Assembly: GCA_951406725.2 (NCBI GenBank)
Contig: OX597815.1
Span: forward strand, 70,990,001-71,054,000
Length of the DNA stretch: 64,000 nt
Reading direction: 5' to 3'
Source of the DNA: Octopus vulgaris
Lineage: Eukaryota
This document shows, piece after piece, positions 26,880 through 41,275 of this stretch (its first letter is position 1; the number at the start of each line of letters is the position of its first letter). The notes beneath the pieces are model-generated. The model worked only from the letters and a program-made list of their open reading frames with translations, did no database searches and was not told the origin of the DNA. The position numbers and the translations under genes were made by a program.

Positions 26880-27345
26880 AGGACAAAACCAAAAAATTTT
26901 AAGGAGAGAGCATTAGCCGATCGCCTCACGCCCCGTGCTTGACTGATATTCATCCGAAAGGATGAAAGCAACGTTGACCTTGAAGGGAATTGAACACCGA
27001 ATGCGAAGAGACGGAAGAAATGTTGCAAGGCAGTTTGTCTAACACTTTAAGGATTCTACAAGGGGCTCGTTTAAGTTACGAAATCATAGTTGAGATAAGT
27101 TATAAGGAGGTACTTGATCTGCATTGTTTTCATTTTATTACTGGGAGGCGACGTGCTGGCAGAATCGTTAGTGCACAGGAGAAAATGCTAAGTAATATTC
27201 CTTCCGGCTGTTTATGTCTCAATTCAAATTCCGCTGAGGTCGATTTCACCTTTCATTCTCTCGGGATAAAGTGCCACTTGAGTACTAGGATCAATGTAAT
27301 CGACTATCCTCTTTCCCTAATATTGCTGATCCCAAGCCAAACTTC
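26880..27345. mobile_element. Two family A SINEs head-to-head (26880-27070 minus, 27146-27345 plus)
   Basis: Homology to 11202 in both orientations. Confidence 0.7.
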
Positions 27346-27774
27346 GAAACCATTAATGATACTTCGGTGAGCTAAGACACAAATCTCTCTCAGTAGTCAA
27401 GTTATAAGAAAGTGTTGCTATTACTACAAAAGAAATCGATTGTTTAGTAAAGGTAAATGGAAAAATACCTGCTGATTCAGGAGCTATTTATCATTCTCAT
27501 TCTGTATGTGATGTCATTCTGTGACAGGTAACATTCTTAAATATTCTATTGTTTAGATCTCGGCTAAATTACACATATACACACATACACTGATATATAT
27601 GTATATATATATATATATACATATGCATACACTGATATATATACACACATGCACAAGGATACACATAGAAACATACATATATACAACGTACAACGCGTAC
27701 ACATGCGAGAATACGGGCGTACTCATTTACATATGCATATTACATAACAGAACACATCCACCCACATGCATACT

Positions 27775-29026
27775 TTTTTCTTTCCTTTTCTTTCTCTCCC
27801 ACTCTTACTTTCTCTCTTTTCTTTCTCCCTTTTCTGTCTCTCTTTCTCTCTGTCTCTCTGTCTCTCTGTATCTCTCTCTCGTTTAGCTACCTCAAAATTT
27901 TCCTCAAGAAACCTTAATGGTGAAAGCTGACTAACTTATGTCTCGCGAAAACAAAAGGGACTTTCTGTGTGTCCTCTAAAGATGAATTGGAATAAGGACA
28001 GTATTTTTTCTGTTGAACGAGGTAAGAGTACGATATATTCCGATTTTTTAAAGGTTACTCCTCTTCACTCCTTTTCGTTGTTTTCTATCGTTATTTTCTA
28101 TCGTTGTTTATTTCTGTTCTTTTTTATGGGTGGGGGAGGGAGGGAAGTGGAACTTCCTCTTTTATGTTTGCTTGCTTTTAAAATTTTACTCGGCAACCCT
28201 TGCCTCCCATTCGTCATAAGACACAAGTAGTACTTCTGTTGGTTAGTGTTGTGGGGCTTGACATTTGCTGTTACTGTTGTTTTTGTGGATATATCTCATC
28301 TTTCATCTTCTCTAACCCGTCACTGTTTGCCATGGTTGGAGTAATTAATGTCTCAGTTTCCTGGTCAACTCCTAGAATCAAAGATAAATCTCTTTAGGTA
28401 ATTTCGAGATTTTGACCCACTGTACTGCTGAAACGACAATCTCTGGATTCTGGTGCTGCTGTTCGTTTTTTTAAAACTCTTCTGGCTAGAATGTCCTCTA
28501 GTGGCTCTTGTTTCCAAAAATATCGCAGCTAGGCCTTATACCTTGCACCATCAGCCTCACTTGCATTTCTGCATCCGCGAATGGGTAGAGTTCTGGAATG
28601 GTTTTGTAGCGATGTAAGGTTATAAGGACTTGCAATTTTTACAGGTTCCTCCCGATCGCGTTATTTTTCGTTACTTTAGCCCTTACAACCGGTCCATATC
28701 AGTCACAAAGGTGACTAAGTGCAAGGAATTCATATCACTAGCAATGTTTCTAACGATTACCGTTATGTTGCGTTGACTCATGAGCTGTTGTACACATGTA
28801 TGGCGGGTGTGAACTTTACCACTTCACTATGATTCTTGGCGTCGATGTTAGTCTTTAAAAAAATCGGAATATATCGTACTCTTACCTCGTTCAACAGAAA
28901 AAATACTGTCCTTATTTCGAGTCATTATTAGAGGACAAACAGAAAGTCCCTTCTGTTTTCGTGAGACGTAAGTAAGTCAGCTTTCACCATTAAGGTTTCT
29001 TGAGGAAAATTCTGAGGTAGCTAAAC

Positions 29027-29064
<38 letters not shown>

Positions 29065-29126
29065 AGAAAGAAAAGAGAGAAAGGAAGAGAGAATTAGAGA
29101 GAGAGAGAAAGAAAAGGAAAGAAAAA
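27775..29126. mobile_element. Foldback unit: about 280-bp inverted arms around an L1/Tx1-like ORF1 relic
   Basis: 27879-28053 is the reverse complement of 28853-29028, extending into matching CT/GA tracts; minus-strand interior YKTIPEL...VRLMVQGIRPSCDIFGNKSH is a decayed zinc-knuckle region. Confidence 0.75.
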
Positions 29127-29156
29127 CGAAAGAAAGAAAGAGGAAGAGAAATAGAT

Positions 29157-29210
<54 letters not shown>

Positions 29211-29975
29211 TTGTTAAATTTACGTTTCTAGCAAGAACCTACTTGCACATATTCTACGTATTAATACAAAATAATTTGCCAGCAATACTACGTAAGTAAA
29301 AGCAAATAATAGGTTGGAAATCAGTCATTCTATAGACACCAGCACTAAGCACCAGCATCGCACCTGAAACCTGAATAGTGACACGAAAGCCTCAGAAACA
29401 ATCATTAGATTAAATCTATTCGTTCAATATCATGTCCTAATAGCTGTTACTGAAATCCCACATTGTTGAAACTCGCATGAATCTTAAGTAGGAACACTTT
29501 ACACACGTTTACATACAACATTAAAGTAGATAGAAAAACCACTTGTCAATTATACTCCAGTCACTACAGATTTCCAGAAGCTTCAACTTCTTCTCGCCAC
29601 CACCAACATCATCACATGACCATCACAAACATACACAAAAATAAAACAGCAAAAAAAAGTTACACAAAACAAATAAGAGCAAGTAAAGACAAAAAGGAAT
29701 AGAAGTTTTATTTTTCTCTTCCCAATGAACGTTTGCATCAGCAGACACAGCTTGAAGCAACATAAAACAATTCGAAGCATGTAACATGGACACCCACACA
29801 TATAGAAATAGGAAGATTAAAACTGGAAACATTTGCAATTACAAGTGTAAAAATAGATCAGAAATCACTTGTTGAACACTGATATAACTCACTGTATTTT
29901 TATCACTGTACACACGCATACACTCATCCACATACATGCACGCACACATATAGATAGATAAACATACATACACAC

Positions 29976-30028
<53 letters not shown>

Positions 30029-30041
30029 TGTATATATATGC

Positions 30042-30700
<659 letters not shown>

Positions 30701-30765
30701 CTATGATTGATTGCTAGCTCTAAAAGCTCTTTTTCTATTCTCTCTCTTTTTATTCCCTCGTGTTC

Positions 30766-30801
30766 CTTTCTGTTGAAGAACGTAAGCTCGAAACGTAAAA
30801 G
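30766..30801 (+). ncRNA. Minimal hammerhead variant
   Basis: CTTT-CTGTTGA-A-GAAC-GTAA-GCTC-GAAA-CG-TA-AAAG; helix I CTTT/AAAG; A6U core variant and one helix II mismatch. Confidence 0.65.
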
Positions 30802-30932
30802 ACTTTCTCACCTTCCCGAGCGTTAAACTAATATACCTATTTGTTGTTTATACGCCTGTCTTTGTCTTTTGTATTTCTGTAAATTTCAACTATATACATA
30901 CATACATGCACACACATACATACATACACACA

Positions 30933-31042
<110 letters not shown>

Positions 31043-31118
31043 TATCTTCATTATTTAATAACAGATATTTATCTCTGAGACATTAAGTTGCATGGAACCA
31101 AAGCAAACTGTTATTAAA

Positions 31119-31436
31119 TCTCTATATATAAAACTGAGGACGTGTGTCTGTATGTATGTATGTATGTGTGCAGCGCTAAAACTCGAAAACTACTCATCTG
31201 CTTCCATTCAACTTTTACACATGCATTACTTAGGGTCCATAGAGTGTTTTGGGCCCATTTTTTTTGTATAACTTCTTGCCTAATGCTAGGCCAGAGTAAT
31301 CTCTTACACTGTTTCTGCATTACGTGTTAAAAAAGAAACAATAACATTTCTATTGTAATGTGACATAATAATTTCACTTTTATATGATTTCACTTTCAAT
31401 AGTTTCACTTTTAATAGTTTCATTTTTATTACTTTC

Positions 31437-31440
<4 letters not shown>
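31119..31440 (+). mobile_element. Helitron 5' fragment (family of 1930-3030)
   Basis: A|TCTCTATATATAAAACTGAG...CTAAAACT...TTTTACACATGC.TTACTTAGGGT shared with 1930-2045. Confidence 0.75.
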
Positions 31441-31493
<53 letters not shown>

Positions 31494-32677
31494 TAATAAA
31501 TAAAATATATGCATACATACATACATATATGTACGTACCTACATCTACATGTATATATACATGCATATATAAATATATATATGTGAGTACAGGACACCAC
31601 AAATAGACGTAGAACTCAACAAGAAACGAAAACGTAAAAACAAACATGGAAACGGACTTTTTTTAATAACGAAAAAACAGAGTACAAGACAAACAATACA
31701 AGGAAAATTCCCCTTCATCAGCTGTCCCTAGTTCGACTCCATGCGTGTTTCGAAGGTAAGGACAGAACACGACTCGTCGAACTAGCCCTTCCTGCGAAAG
31801 AATTAAATAAAATTCCTTTGCAGAGGGGTAAAAACAAGGAAAGAAAAAAATGTGACAAAAACAGGACGTAAAAACAATACAAATAAAAAAACAAATACAA
31901 AATAAAAATACAAATTAAAAAAAATACAGTACAAGTAAAGAATAAAAACAGGACAAGGAAACAAACATATATATATTTTTGCCAAATAAACACACGCACT
32001 ATATATTCGTTCTTCACTCGTTTATTACTGTTCTTATTCTAACTCTTGTCCATTGTCAGGAAATCTTTCATCTGTGCTCTTGCTCCGGTTATTCCATACA
32101 TGTATGTGTCTTTCTGTTTAGTTCATTCCATCAGCGCTTGGCAACCGGTGTTGGTTTGTTTAAGTCCACCTATATTAGCGGCTCGGCAAAAGAAAACTAT
32201 AAAATAAGTACCAGGTTAAAGAAATTAGTGCCAAGGGTGATTTGTTCGATTAAACCTTTCAAGGTAATGCCCCAGCATGGCCACAGTCAAATGACGACTG
32301 CAGTAAGTAAACATATTATATATATATATATATATATATGTAATGATTAAGTCTTCGAGACCGAAGTCTGTGGGTCACTTCCCGGCAAATCAGGATCCAC
32401 CCCAAAACAACTCCAACCGGTAATTCTTCATCGAGGTCGACCTCGGCGGAATAACAGTTCCGGACTTCAAGAACTATAAAAAAATGCCATTAAACATTTT
32501 ATTCGGCGCGCTAATGATTCTGCAGCCAACTCAACTTTTTTTAAATATAATGAGCGAAACCCTTGTTGTTCTAACTGGAAGTATCACTGTGGAAAACATC
32601 ACACTTGATGTATTTGATGGAATGTTATATAGTTATGAAGTTGGGTGGGGTTGTGTGTGTGTGTGTACGCGTGCGTC

Positions 32678-32828
32678 TCCATGTGCAGGTATGTGTTGGT
32701 GTCTGTGTGCGTGTTTGTGTATATAAATAGACAAATATGGGCACACACACACATACACACAAACACGTATATACATGGGGTTAATATGTGCTGCTCAAAT
32801 GGCAATCATTATCATATGCATATATATG

Positions 32829-32893
<65 letters not shown>

Positions 32894-32940
32894 TATATAT
32901 ATGTATGTATATAAATATATGTATATATATATGTATATAT

Positions 32941-32997
<57 letters not shown>

Positions 32998-33158
32998 CTC
33001 ATATATACATATATCCATGTGCAGGTATGTGTTGGTGTCTGTGTGCGTGTTTGTGTATATAAATAGACAAATATGGGCACACACACACATACACACAAAC
33101 ACGTATATACATGGGGTTAATATGTGCTGCTCAAATGGCAATCATTGTCATATGCATA

Positions 33159-33222
<64 letters not shown>

Positions 33223-33260
33223 GTATGTATATAAATATATGTATATATATATGTATATAT

Positions 33261-33302
<42 letters not shown>

Positions 33303-33312
33303 TCATATATAT
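32678..33312. repeat. Tandem duplication, period 336 bp
   Basis: TCCATGTGCAGGTATGTG... at 32678 and 33014, nearly identical apart from microsatellite lengths. Confidence 0.9.
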
Positions 33313-33744
33313 ATAGACGTACATTCAATAAATATGTTATATGTACATATATATTTACGCGTACATACATTCACACGAACACACACACATACACACGTAC
33401 AGATATGCACAGTTACTTGTTCGTTGCCTAGCAATATCAAACTAATTATAATATGGCCCTCCTTTTATCTGTGTTTGTACTAAACAGAAATAACAAACAC
33501 TCACTAGCAGCAAAACAATTAGAAATCGCCGAGAAATCTGAAACAGAAGATGAAAAGAGAAGGATCAGAGGGGGGCAGGTGGGGCCTTATAAGTTTGTTT
33601 TGCAGAGTTGAAAGTTTATAACAACAGCCACAGCCTACAAGAACAATGATGGTGGTGACAAAAATAAAATAAAATAAAATGAAATGAAACTCTGCATTGG
33701 ACGATTAAAGAGGTAAAAAAAAAAGTCTTAACATGTGTTTGTGG

Positions 33745-33957
33745 TTGGGTTTGGCAGAAACGTTAGCACGCCGGGCGAAATGCGTAGCCGTATTTCGTCT
33801 GCCGTTACGTTCTGAGTTCAAATTCCGCCGAGGTTGACTTTGCCTTTCATCCTTTCGGGGTCGATAAATTAAGTACCAGTTACGCACTGGGGTCGATGTA
33901 ATCGACTTAATCCGTTTGTCCCCTCTGTGTTTAGCCCCTTGTGGGTAGTAAAGAAAT
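33745..33957 (+). mobile_element. SINE family A, young copy
   Basis: Close match to the first unit of 11202-11433. Confidence 0.9.
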
Positions 33958-35555
33958 ATACATTAAAGATAATCAGTAACAAAATGATTCTCGTTTCAAA
34001 TAAGATTTACTGGGTGATAGGGAAATATTTTTCTTTGATTCAAGATCTTTCCGTCTGCGATTGTTGTTTTCTGGAAATAAATAAATGTATGAGAATGTGA
34101 ACTTGTTGGCGTAGGAAAATTGAATTTTTCGGAAATTTAATTCAGCGACATCTTCTGTTTGTCTGTTTATCTATCTATCTATCGGTCCTTTGTCTGTTCC
34201 TACGCTGATATGTGTCCATGGTTGTGTCTATGAACAAGAAGTATACCTTAACTAACTACAAACCCTTTTAGCTGTAAGACATGTATGGAACAACTAGGTT
34301 TTGTATTTGGTTTGCAAGATTCTTGATTAAGCTGCTTAAATAACTGACCAATTGACGAATAATATCAAAGAAAAGAAATTGAACCAGTGCATGTGTTTAT
34401 TGTTAGCGTAATAACCTTCCCGAAATACAACAAGAACATGCAGGGAAATGAAGCAACAAGAAATGTAAAGAATAGATCTTCATTCAACATACCCTGTATG
34501 CGTTAGAAAAACTCTCCTGGATCAAAATATAGCTGAGCCTCTGTGAAGCAAACTTCAGCCAACTTAATCTATAATAACATTCATGTCAAAAATCGACTCC
34601 TCTACCGGATCTTTTCTGATCACATAACTAAGGATTGAATTAAATCGATCTCATCCTCATCCCTAAGTCACACATGTGAAACGTGCTGATTAAATAAGCA
34701 TCGTTAAAATATTTGGCATCAATCTTATTGATTATATCGCCAAACTACCCTCTTCCTGGTCCTGCGCTTAGTAAAACAAAATCAATTATAAGAAGCCAAG
34801 TAAAGAATGTTGACAAGAAATTCGTTCAGCTGTAATTCCAAAATCAAATTTTTCAAATATTTTGACAACGTTTAAAGAAACTATCCAACTGGAATCCGAA
34901 GGAACTTGTGGTCGTCGGCTTTGGCAAAAACAAAAAAAAAAGTGTAAACGAACATATTGTAAGCGATTACATAGCAAATAACACGAGAAGACAAAACAGA
35001 GATGCCAAAAAATACTACCGAGCTACCATCAACCCTACCAAGGAAATCCCATTAATATTTAAGAAGTTACCCTCACATTTTCTTCTGACAAGAAACGAAT
35101 TGATAATTCAAAATATGTGTTGTTTTTACAATCATGTCTGATTATGTAAATAACAGCCAGATAGACTAGAAGGCATGCACTAGCTCCGAACAATTTCATT
35201 TACCCCATTTAATACTCTTTCACCACCCATAAAGGGAATGTGGTTGATCATCCATTAATAGATGCTTGAACAACGATTTGTTTTTGTATTTGAATTTCAT
35301 TATCTTTCTGCCTCTTTCATTCTCTCCCAATATTTTTGCAGAAGGCTCCCCTTATCTTTGATCTCTCATCTCCTGCCATGTTTAAAATTAATATTTTCTT
35401 CTTCGAGTTATTTGCTTTATCGTTATTATGTAGGATAACTTAAATAATAATTCTTTATGACAATGTCAGTTCACTTAACCACTATCTTTGTATCAGTTTG
35501 CTGCTGCAATACTTGACAGTCAATCCATCTTTTTTCTGCAACTCTGTCTTTTTCG

Positions 35556-35592
<37 letters not shown>

Positions 35593-35609
35593 ATATATAT
35601 ATGAATGTA

Positions 35610-35662
<53 letters not shown>

Positions 35663-35744
35663 TGTATGTATATGTGTAAATATCTTAAATATATTGTATA
35701 TATGTGTACATATATAACGAAAAACACGGTTAAGTGATATATAC

Positions 35745-35813
<69 letters not shown>

Positions 35814-36257
35814 ATGAAGTTTGATATAAAAAAAACGTTAAATAGCAATATCAGGATCTATAAATACATTTTTATTAGTAGCACATTTGACGTGGGTGAA
35901 TGGTTCCTACTTTCAGCTTTGCTTGCAGGCTTTTTAATAGTCGATATTGAAGATGATAATAATTGATATAGCTACGTAGTTATGGCTTTTATCCGACTAT
36001 CTCTTGCAATATGTCAAAGCGATTTGTCAGTCGGCATTGTAGCTCTACTCTTGCCAGATAGAGACTTCGTTGTATTCGTCCTGATTTTAAACTGTGTATA
36101 TATTGTCTAATGGATGTAACCATCTGCTACTGGGTGAGTTAAGAGGAAGGCTGCTTATCAATAGTCGATAAGAAACTGCTAGAAACACCAACCAAACTTC
36201 CCTCGAATCAAGCCCTACAATCTTTAAAAGAAAGAAAAGACACGCTGGGTTTTTTGT

Positions 36258-36452
36258 GAAGGTGCGTGGCTTAGAGGTTAGGGTGTTGCACTCAAGATCG
36301 TGGACTGGGCGGTGCATTGTGTCTTAAGCAAAACGTCTCATTTCACATTGTTCCAGTCCATTCAGCCGTAAATAAGTAACCCTACGACGGACTGGCATCC
36401 TATTCAAAGGGAATGTTATGGTCTCAGTTACTTCTGTGTCATGGAAACCGAG
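36258..36452 (+). mobile_element. SINE family D
   Basis: GAAGGTGCGTGGCTTAGAGGTTAGGGTGTTG head. Confidence 0.75.
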
Positions 36453-36649
36453 TATTAGTCGAAAACAGTAATGCCCAATTTCCAGTGGATCATGTAATTC
36501 TAGTGACGCTATACCTGAAAATACGACAGGATGTTCATGGTCGAAAATCGTATGATCACAGGTCTGCTCAATCAAGATTAACTTGGAGGTGAATAACAGC
36601 AACAACCTTGTACTACCTTCAGAGAAGTTAATGTATTCCATCTTTGTGA

Positions 36650-37000
36650 TGACGAGATTGCGAGAAATATCTTGATGAAGTAGCTCTTGGAGTTGGTTGT
36701 GCAGTAGGAATCTGTCATTAATTTTCTTGATTTAATTAGAGATCATTAAATGAGAGATTTAATTGATACATTAGACGAGGAACTGTATTATAGGGCGAAG
36801 TCGTGGAGGAGATAATTGGCGACAAATCCTATCCCCGACGGTCTTTCACGGATGACGTGGGTACAGAGGGGAAAGTTTCATATCGATTAGATGTATGGGA
36901 GTTATTCAGCAGAAAGTCAGCGCGACGTTGCAGTACAGTTTAAGATATTGAAGATTGAAAGCCTACGTCGATAGCTTGTCGCAATGCACAGCACAAGAGG
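36650..37000 (+). pseudogene. Possible L1/Tx1 AP-endonuclease fragment
   Basis: PDGLSRMTWVQRGKVSYRLDV resembles the TW...SRLD motif; very decayed. Confidence 0.35.
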
Positions 37001-37758
37001 TAAAAGGCTCCTAACAGTGTTCACTAAGAGACACGAGTGATATTGAGTGGTTGCAAGAAAGAAAAATCTCACGAACAGGATGGTTTGTACTATGAAATAT
37101 ACATATGAACATGCAAGTTTTTATTGTTTTATTGTTTTGGTTGAAGTGTACCTTATTTGGCACTGCTCCGCTACTATACTTAGCTGTAAGGGAATGGAAA
37201 GAAGTTCTACTACTGTGGAAGCATATGACCATGACAATAACATTTAGACTTGTTACTTTTAATGCAGTGAGATGGTAGAATCGTGAGCACGCTGGACAAG
37301 TGCTTAGCGACATATCTTCCTGCTTTACGTTTCTGTGTTCAAATTCCGCCTTTTATTCTTTAGAGGTCGATAAAGTTGAGCATTGGGGGCGATGTAATCG
37401 ATTAGCGCCCTCCTCCAAGAGGTACTTACTAATAAGTTGGTACTTATTTCTAATAATTTTGTCGGATCTGTGCAAATATTTGTAGCCTGATAAGTTGTAT
37501 ACATCTGAAGGTCCACCTCGCATTATAAATGGTTTGGCTTGGATCTCGTTTCGATGAAGTTTTGAAAATTTAAATCAGTCGAGGAACATTCCACTGAGTC
37601 GAAATGAATGTTCTCTTATAATGTTGCCAGATGTGATCTTGTTTTCAGGGACGAGGTGTTACACCATGGTTAGTGTCCAAGATAATAATTCCACTTCTCG
37701 GAACGACATTACGTTTTCGGTCAGTTAAGGGTTTCCGTCCACCACCTTTTAAAATTTG

Positions 37759-40170
37759 TGTTGTAATTCTTAACGTCGGGTTGTTATAACGCCCACTTCG
37801 GTATAGCAGTATAATTATTAGACCAATAAGGACACGACTACCTAAAAACGTCTTCTTCGTATTCTGTCTCTCTCTATACTGACTGACGCCATCTTAATTA
37901 TAGTGACAAGTACATACCACTCGTCACGTAGGAGGGTGTACCATTATTACTGTTTTCGTCTCAACATCTCCTCATTTAAGTTTTTCTTTTTTTTAGGATT
38001 CTCATTTTATTTCTTTTATCGGAAATAATTTTTATATCACCCCACCTCCCCTTTTTTAGCTTTTTTTCTTAGTTAAACATTTAATATTTTTTCGTTTGGC
38101 ATCCACTTCCAGGAACTCCTCACATTTTCTTTTTCTTACATTTGTGCGCCTGGATTCAATCACCTGTAGTGGCGTTGGTACTTGAAAAGTATCATACAAC
38201 TATTCCATTGGTTCTTCCATTCTCTTGGATTCGCTCTCAATGAATCTTTTCTTCAGTTGGTTTATGTGTCTCTTGTATAGCATTTTTCCTATGCGTTTGA
38301 TAATCACGCCATCTTCCCAACTATGTTTTCCGTTCTTATATGCCCTCACAAATACCTTTTTCACCAATTTTGAAAGATCTTGCTGTATTTTCCATGGCAA
38401 ATTTTCGTTTCTTGTCAGGTAGCAATTTGTCGAAGACTGATTTTACTTTCCTCACAAACATCAGCTCTGCTGGTGATATATCTGCTGGTGTATTTGGATT
38501 TGGTGTCACACGGTATACTCTTAAGAATTGTTATAGAGCTAGCTCATCCGTGACTTCCTTATTCGACTTTCTTAGGGCTCTCTTGAACTATTCGACAAAG
38601 CGTTCTGCGTGTCCGTTTAGAGAACTTTTTAAATTCAAAAGACAAATTGCGTTTCATTGTCCACGTCTGGGATGTCAAATTTCGCAAACAGCTCAGGTAA
38701 AAAATTTGTCACAGTTGAAGAGGTTGGTTTTTTACACTTAAAAATTTCTGGCAATTTAGAGAAATTATCAGCTACCACTAAGTAGTATGAACCGTTTAAA
38801 GGACCAGTGAAACCGATGTGTAGTCTACGGAACATCTACTTTTGGCCAAGGTTCACTTTTTATAGTGGGTAATTTTGCCGCGAATGGTACATTCCATTTA
38901 TGCTTAAGTATAGGTGTTGCACTTTGTTTTACTGCAATTTTTGCCTTTGTTTTCGTGCAACAGCCCAATTACTCCGAGAAAACAGCTGGAAATAAATGTT
39001 TTATTTCTTATTTCAATTCCTCGGCTTCATTCGAACCTTCGTCTGAACCGACTATATTCTCACACAAATAACTTATAGGCGTATTCCACAATTTGAACTC
39101 TGCGCCGAATAGATTAACTGAATTTTTTAACACATATTTTTGCCGTTTTTGTTTGGTCACGAAATGTTACATTACACACAAATTCACCGACAAAATCTTT
39201 TACCCGTAACAGCATGTGCTACTGTTGTAAGTTTACTTAATTTCGGCTCACCGATATACTTCCAAATTTTTTCGTTCACAATGGTAATATCACTTCCAGT
39301 GTCTAACTGTATTTTTACTCTTATATTTTTAATTTTCACCTTTACGAATTTTCTCTGTTACATTACCATTTTCTTTCGACGACATACTGTTTATTCTTTT
39401 TTCATTGCTCCAACGTTTTGTCATCTTGGTTTTACAGTGCGTTTTTATGGATCCAATATTTCCAAACCGGAAGCATTCTACTTTCTTAAATGGATAGTTT
39501 TTCCTCTGGTGTAGACCTCCACATGCAAAACATGTTTTTTTCCCCTAATTCTTGTCCTGTTTGTACTGTATTTTAGTACAGACTTAATTTCTATTCTGCC
39601 TGTTTCGCACTTGTTTCACTTGGGAGCAATCATTATGTTCACTTTTCTCTGTGACGTGTCTTAAATTTACTATTCCTTCACACTCTTCTGACACTTGTTG
39701 TAAGGTTACAGTTTGGCTTTGTTCCAGCTTAGCGAGAATTCTTGTTCTTACTTCTGCGCCTTTCTCTGCAGTTAGACCTTGAGTAAATGTCGGGCACTTG
39801 AACATATCTGGCGTTAATTCATCCAGCTTGAATGTTTCACATTCCCTGTTAACTTTACCAGCATATGTGATGTAATTCTCCTCGCTGTTCTTTTCTGGGT
39901 TCAAACATTTCTAACGTGTATTTAACGAGGAGCTTTTCTCGCTAAAACTTTTACACAATATGTCTATTGTATCTTTAAAGTTTATGTCAGAAGGTTTTTT
40001 TTCGGGAATACATAATTGCTGTAACGCTCATGTTCTCCTGCTGCCAGTTTTCTTAAGATTAAGCGCGTTTTCGTATCGTCGTCCCAATCTTTGCACTCTT
40101 TATTGAAGATTTTTTCGTATCTTCTATAGTAAGCCTCGAAGGTAACTCCTTCCCCTTGTTCGTACTTAAA
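37759..40170 (-). mobile_element. Ty3/gypsy LTR retrotransposon relic (gag, protease, integrase, PPT, putative 3' LTR; RT/RNaseH deleted)
   Basis: gag TFEAYYRRYEKIF and CFACGGLH knuckle, protease LDTGSDITI, integrase RLHIGFTGPLNGSYYLVVADNFSK; PPT AAAAAAGGGGAGG then TG...CA LTR candidate 37759-38044. Confidence 0.9.
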
Positions 40171-40759
40171 TATTGTTATACGCAACATAATCTGTCTATA
40201 ATTTGATATTGTACTTTTATGTAGTATTTTGTGGATAAGCAAGAGCTTATCTTGTACAACAATATATTTTAAAGTTAGTGTTATTTAACTCAGATACTAA
40301 ATGTATAAAACTTCGCAACTTTCTTTCATCATATAAGTACATGTTTGTTCAGTGAAGCCAGATTCCCTTCATCTAGCTAAATTTCCAGAGATCAGAATCA
40401 AAGCCATAGACAAACTGAATTCCTCATGAACTACCATCTTGAAGTTAAAAATAGTAAGCGATTCTATTGCAAGTGATACCATACAATATAGTTGAGGTAT
40501 ATTTCAAGACGACATTCTCTCTGTGATGTTGCTTGTACTTCCAGTAGGCCTCTTGTTCGTTTTTGCTGAGGAAATCTGAAGGATTTATGATTACTTCATA
40601 CAAAGTAATACAAAACGAACAACCCCAGCCCCACAAAAGAAACTCATGCCTAATTTTTATATAAATTTGTATTACCCGATATTATTGCAATATATTTTAT
40701 ATGTATGGGGGTGAGCGTGAGTAGTAGTAACAAAAAGTCATTATCATTATTATTATTGT

Positions 40760-41275
40760 TTTACTTCTCAGAGGGCTTGGTCTTGTTTGCTCTGATTGAT
40801 TCTGTCAGAGCGGACAGCAGCCTGTTGTCAGAGGTCTTACAGGATCTCTTTCCGCACATTATAAGCTTAGATACTTGGTTGTTAATTATCACGGGAGACT
40901 TTCAACATCCAAGTACCAATCTTAAAATCCTGGTTGTCCCCAGCAGAGCAGTTTTGGGGGCTTGCTCTTTTCGCATGTCAATTACTATTTCTCTGACATA
41001 TTTCTCGAACTTGGTTGTTAGTACTCCAAGTGCTCCTACAACTACTGGAATGACAAACACTCTCCTCATAGTCCACATTCTTGCAATTTCCTCTTTTAGC
41101 AGGCTGAACTTTTCAATCTTTTCTTGTTCTTTGTTACTTATGCATGCATCCTCAGGTGTTGCAATATCTATAATCTTGGTTTCCTTTTTTCCTTTATCTA
41201 CCACAACAATATCTGGTCTCCGAGCATCGATTAGGGAGTCACATTGGATTGTAAAATCCCACAGTATCTTATATT
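40760..41275 (-). mobile_element. R4/Dong-like LINE 3' fragment (REL endonuclease)
   Basis: ILWDFTIQCD...RRPDIVVVDK...IIDIA...EKIEKF...IPVVVGALG; flanked by TTA/TTG repeats. Confidence 0.9.

Noticed and set aside
34380-35150. Unique coding-like region with a GNE motif
   Set aside because: Frames are broken and no family could be supported.
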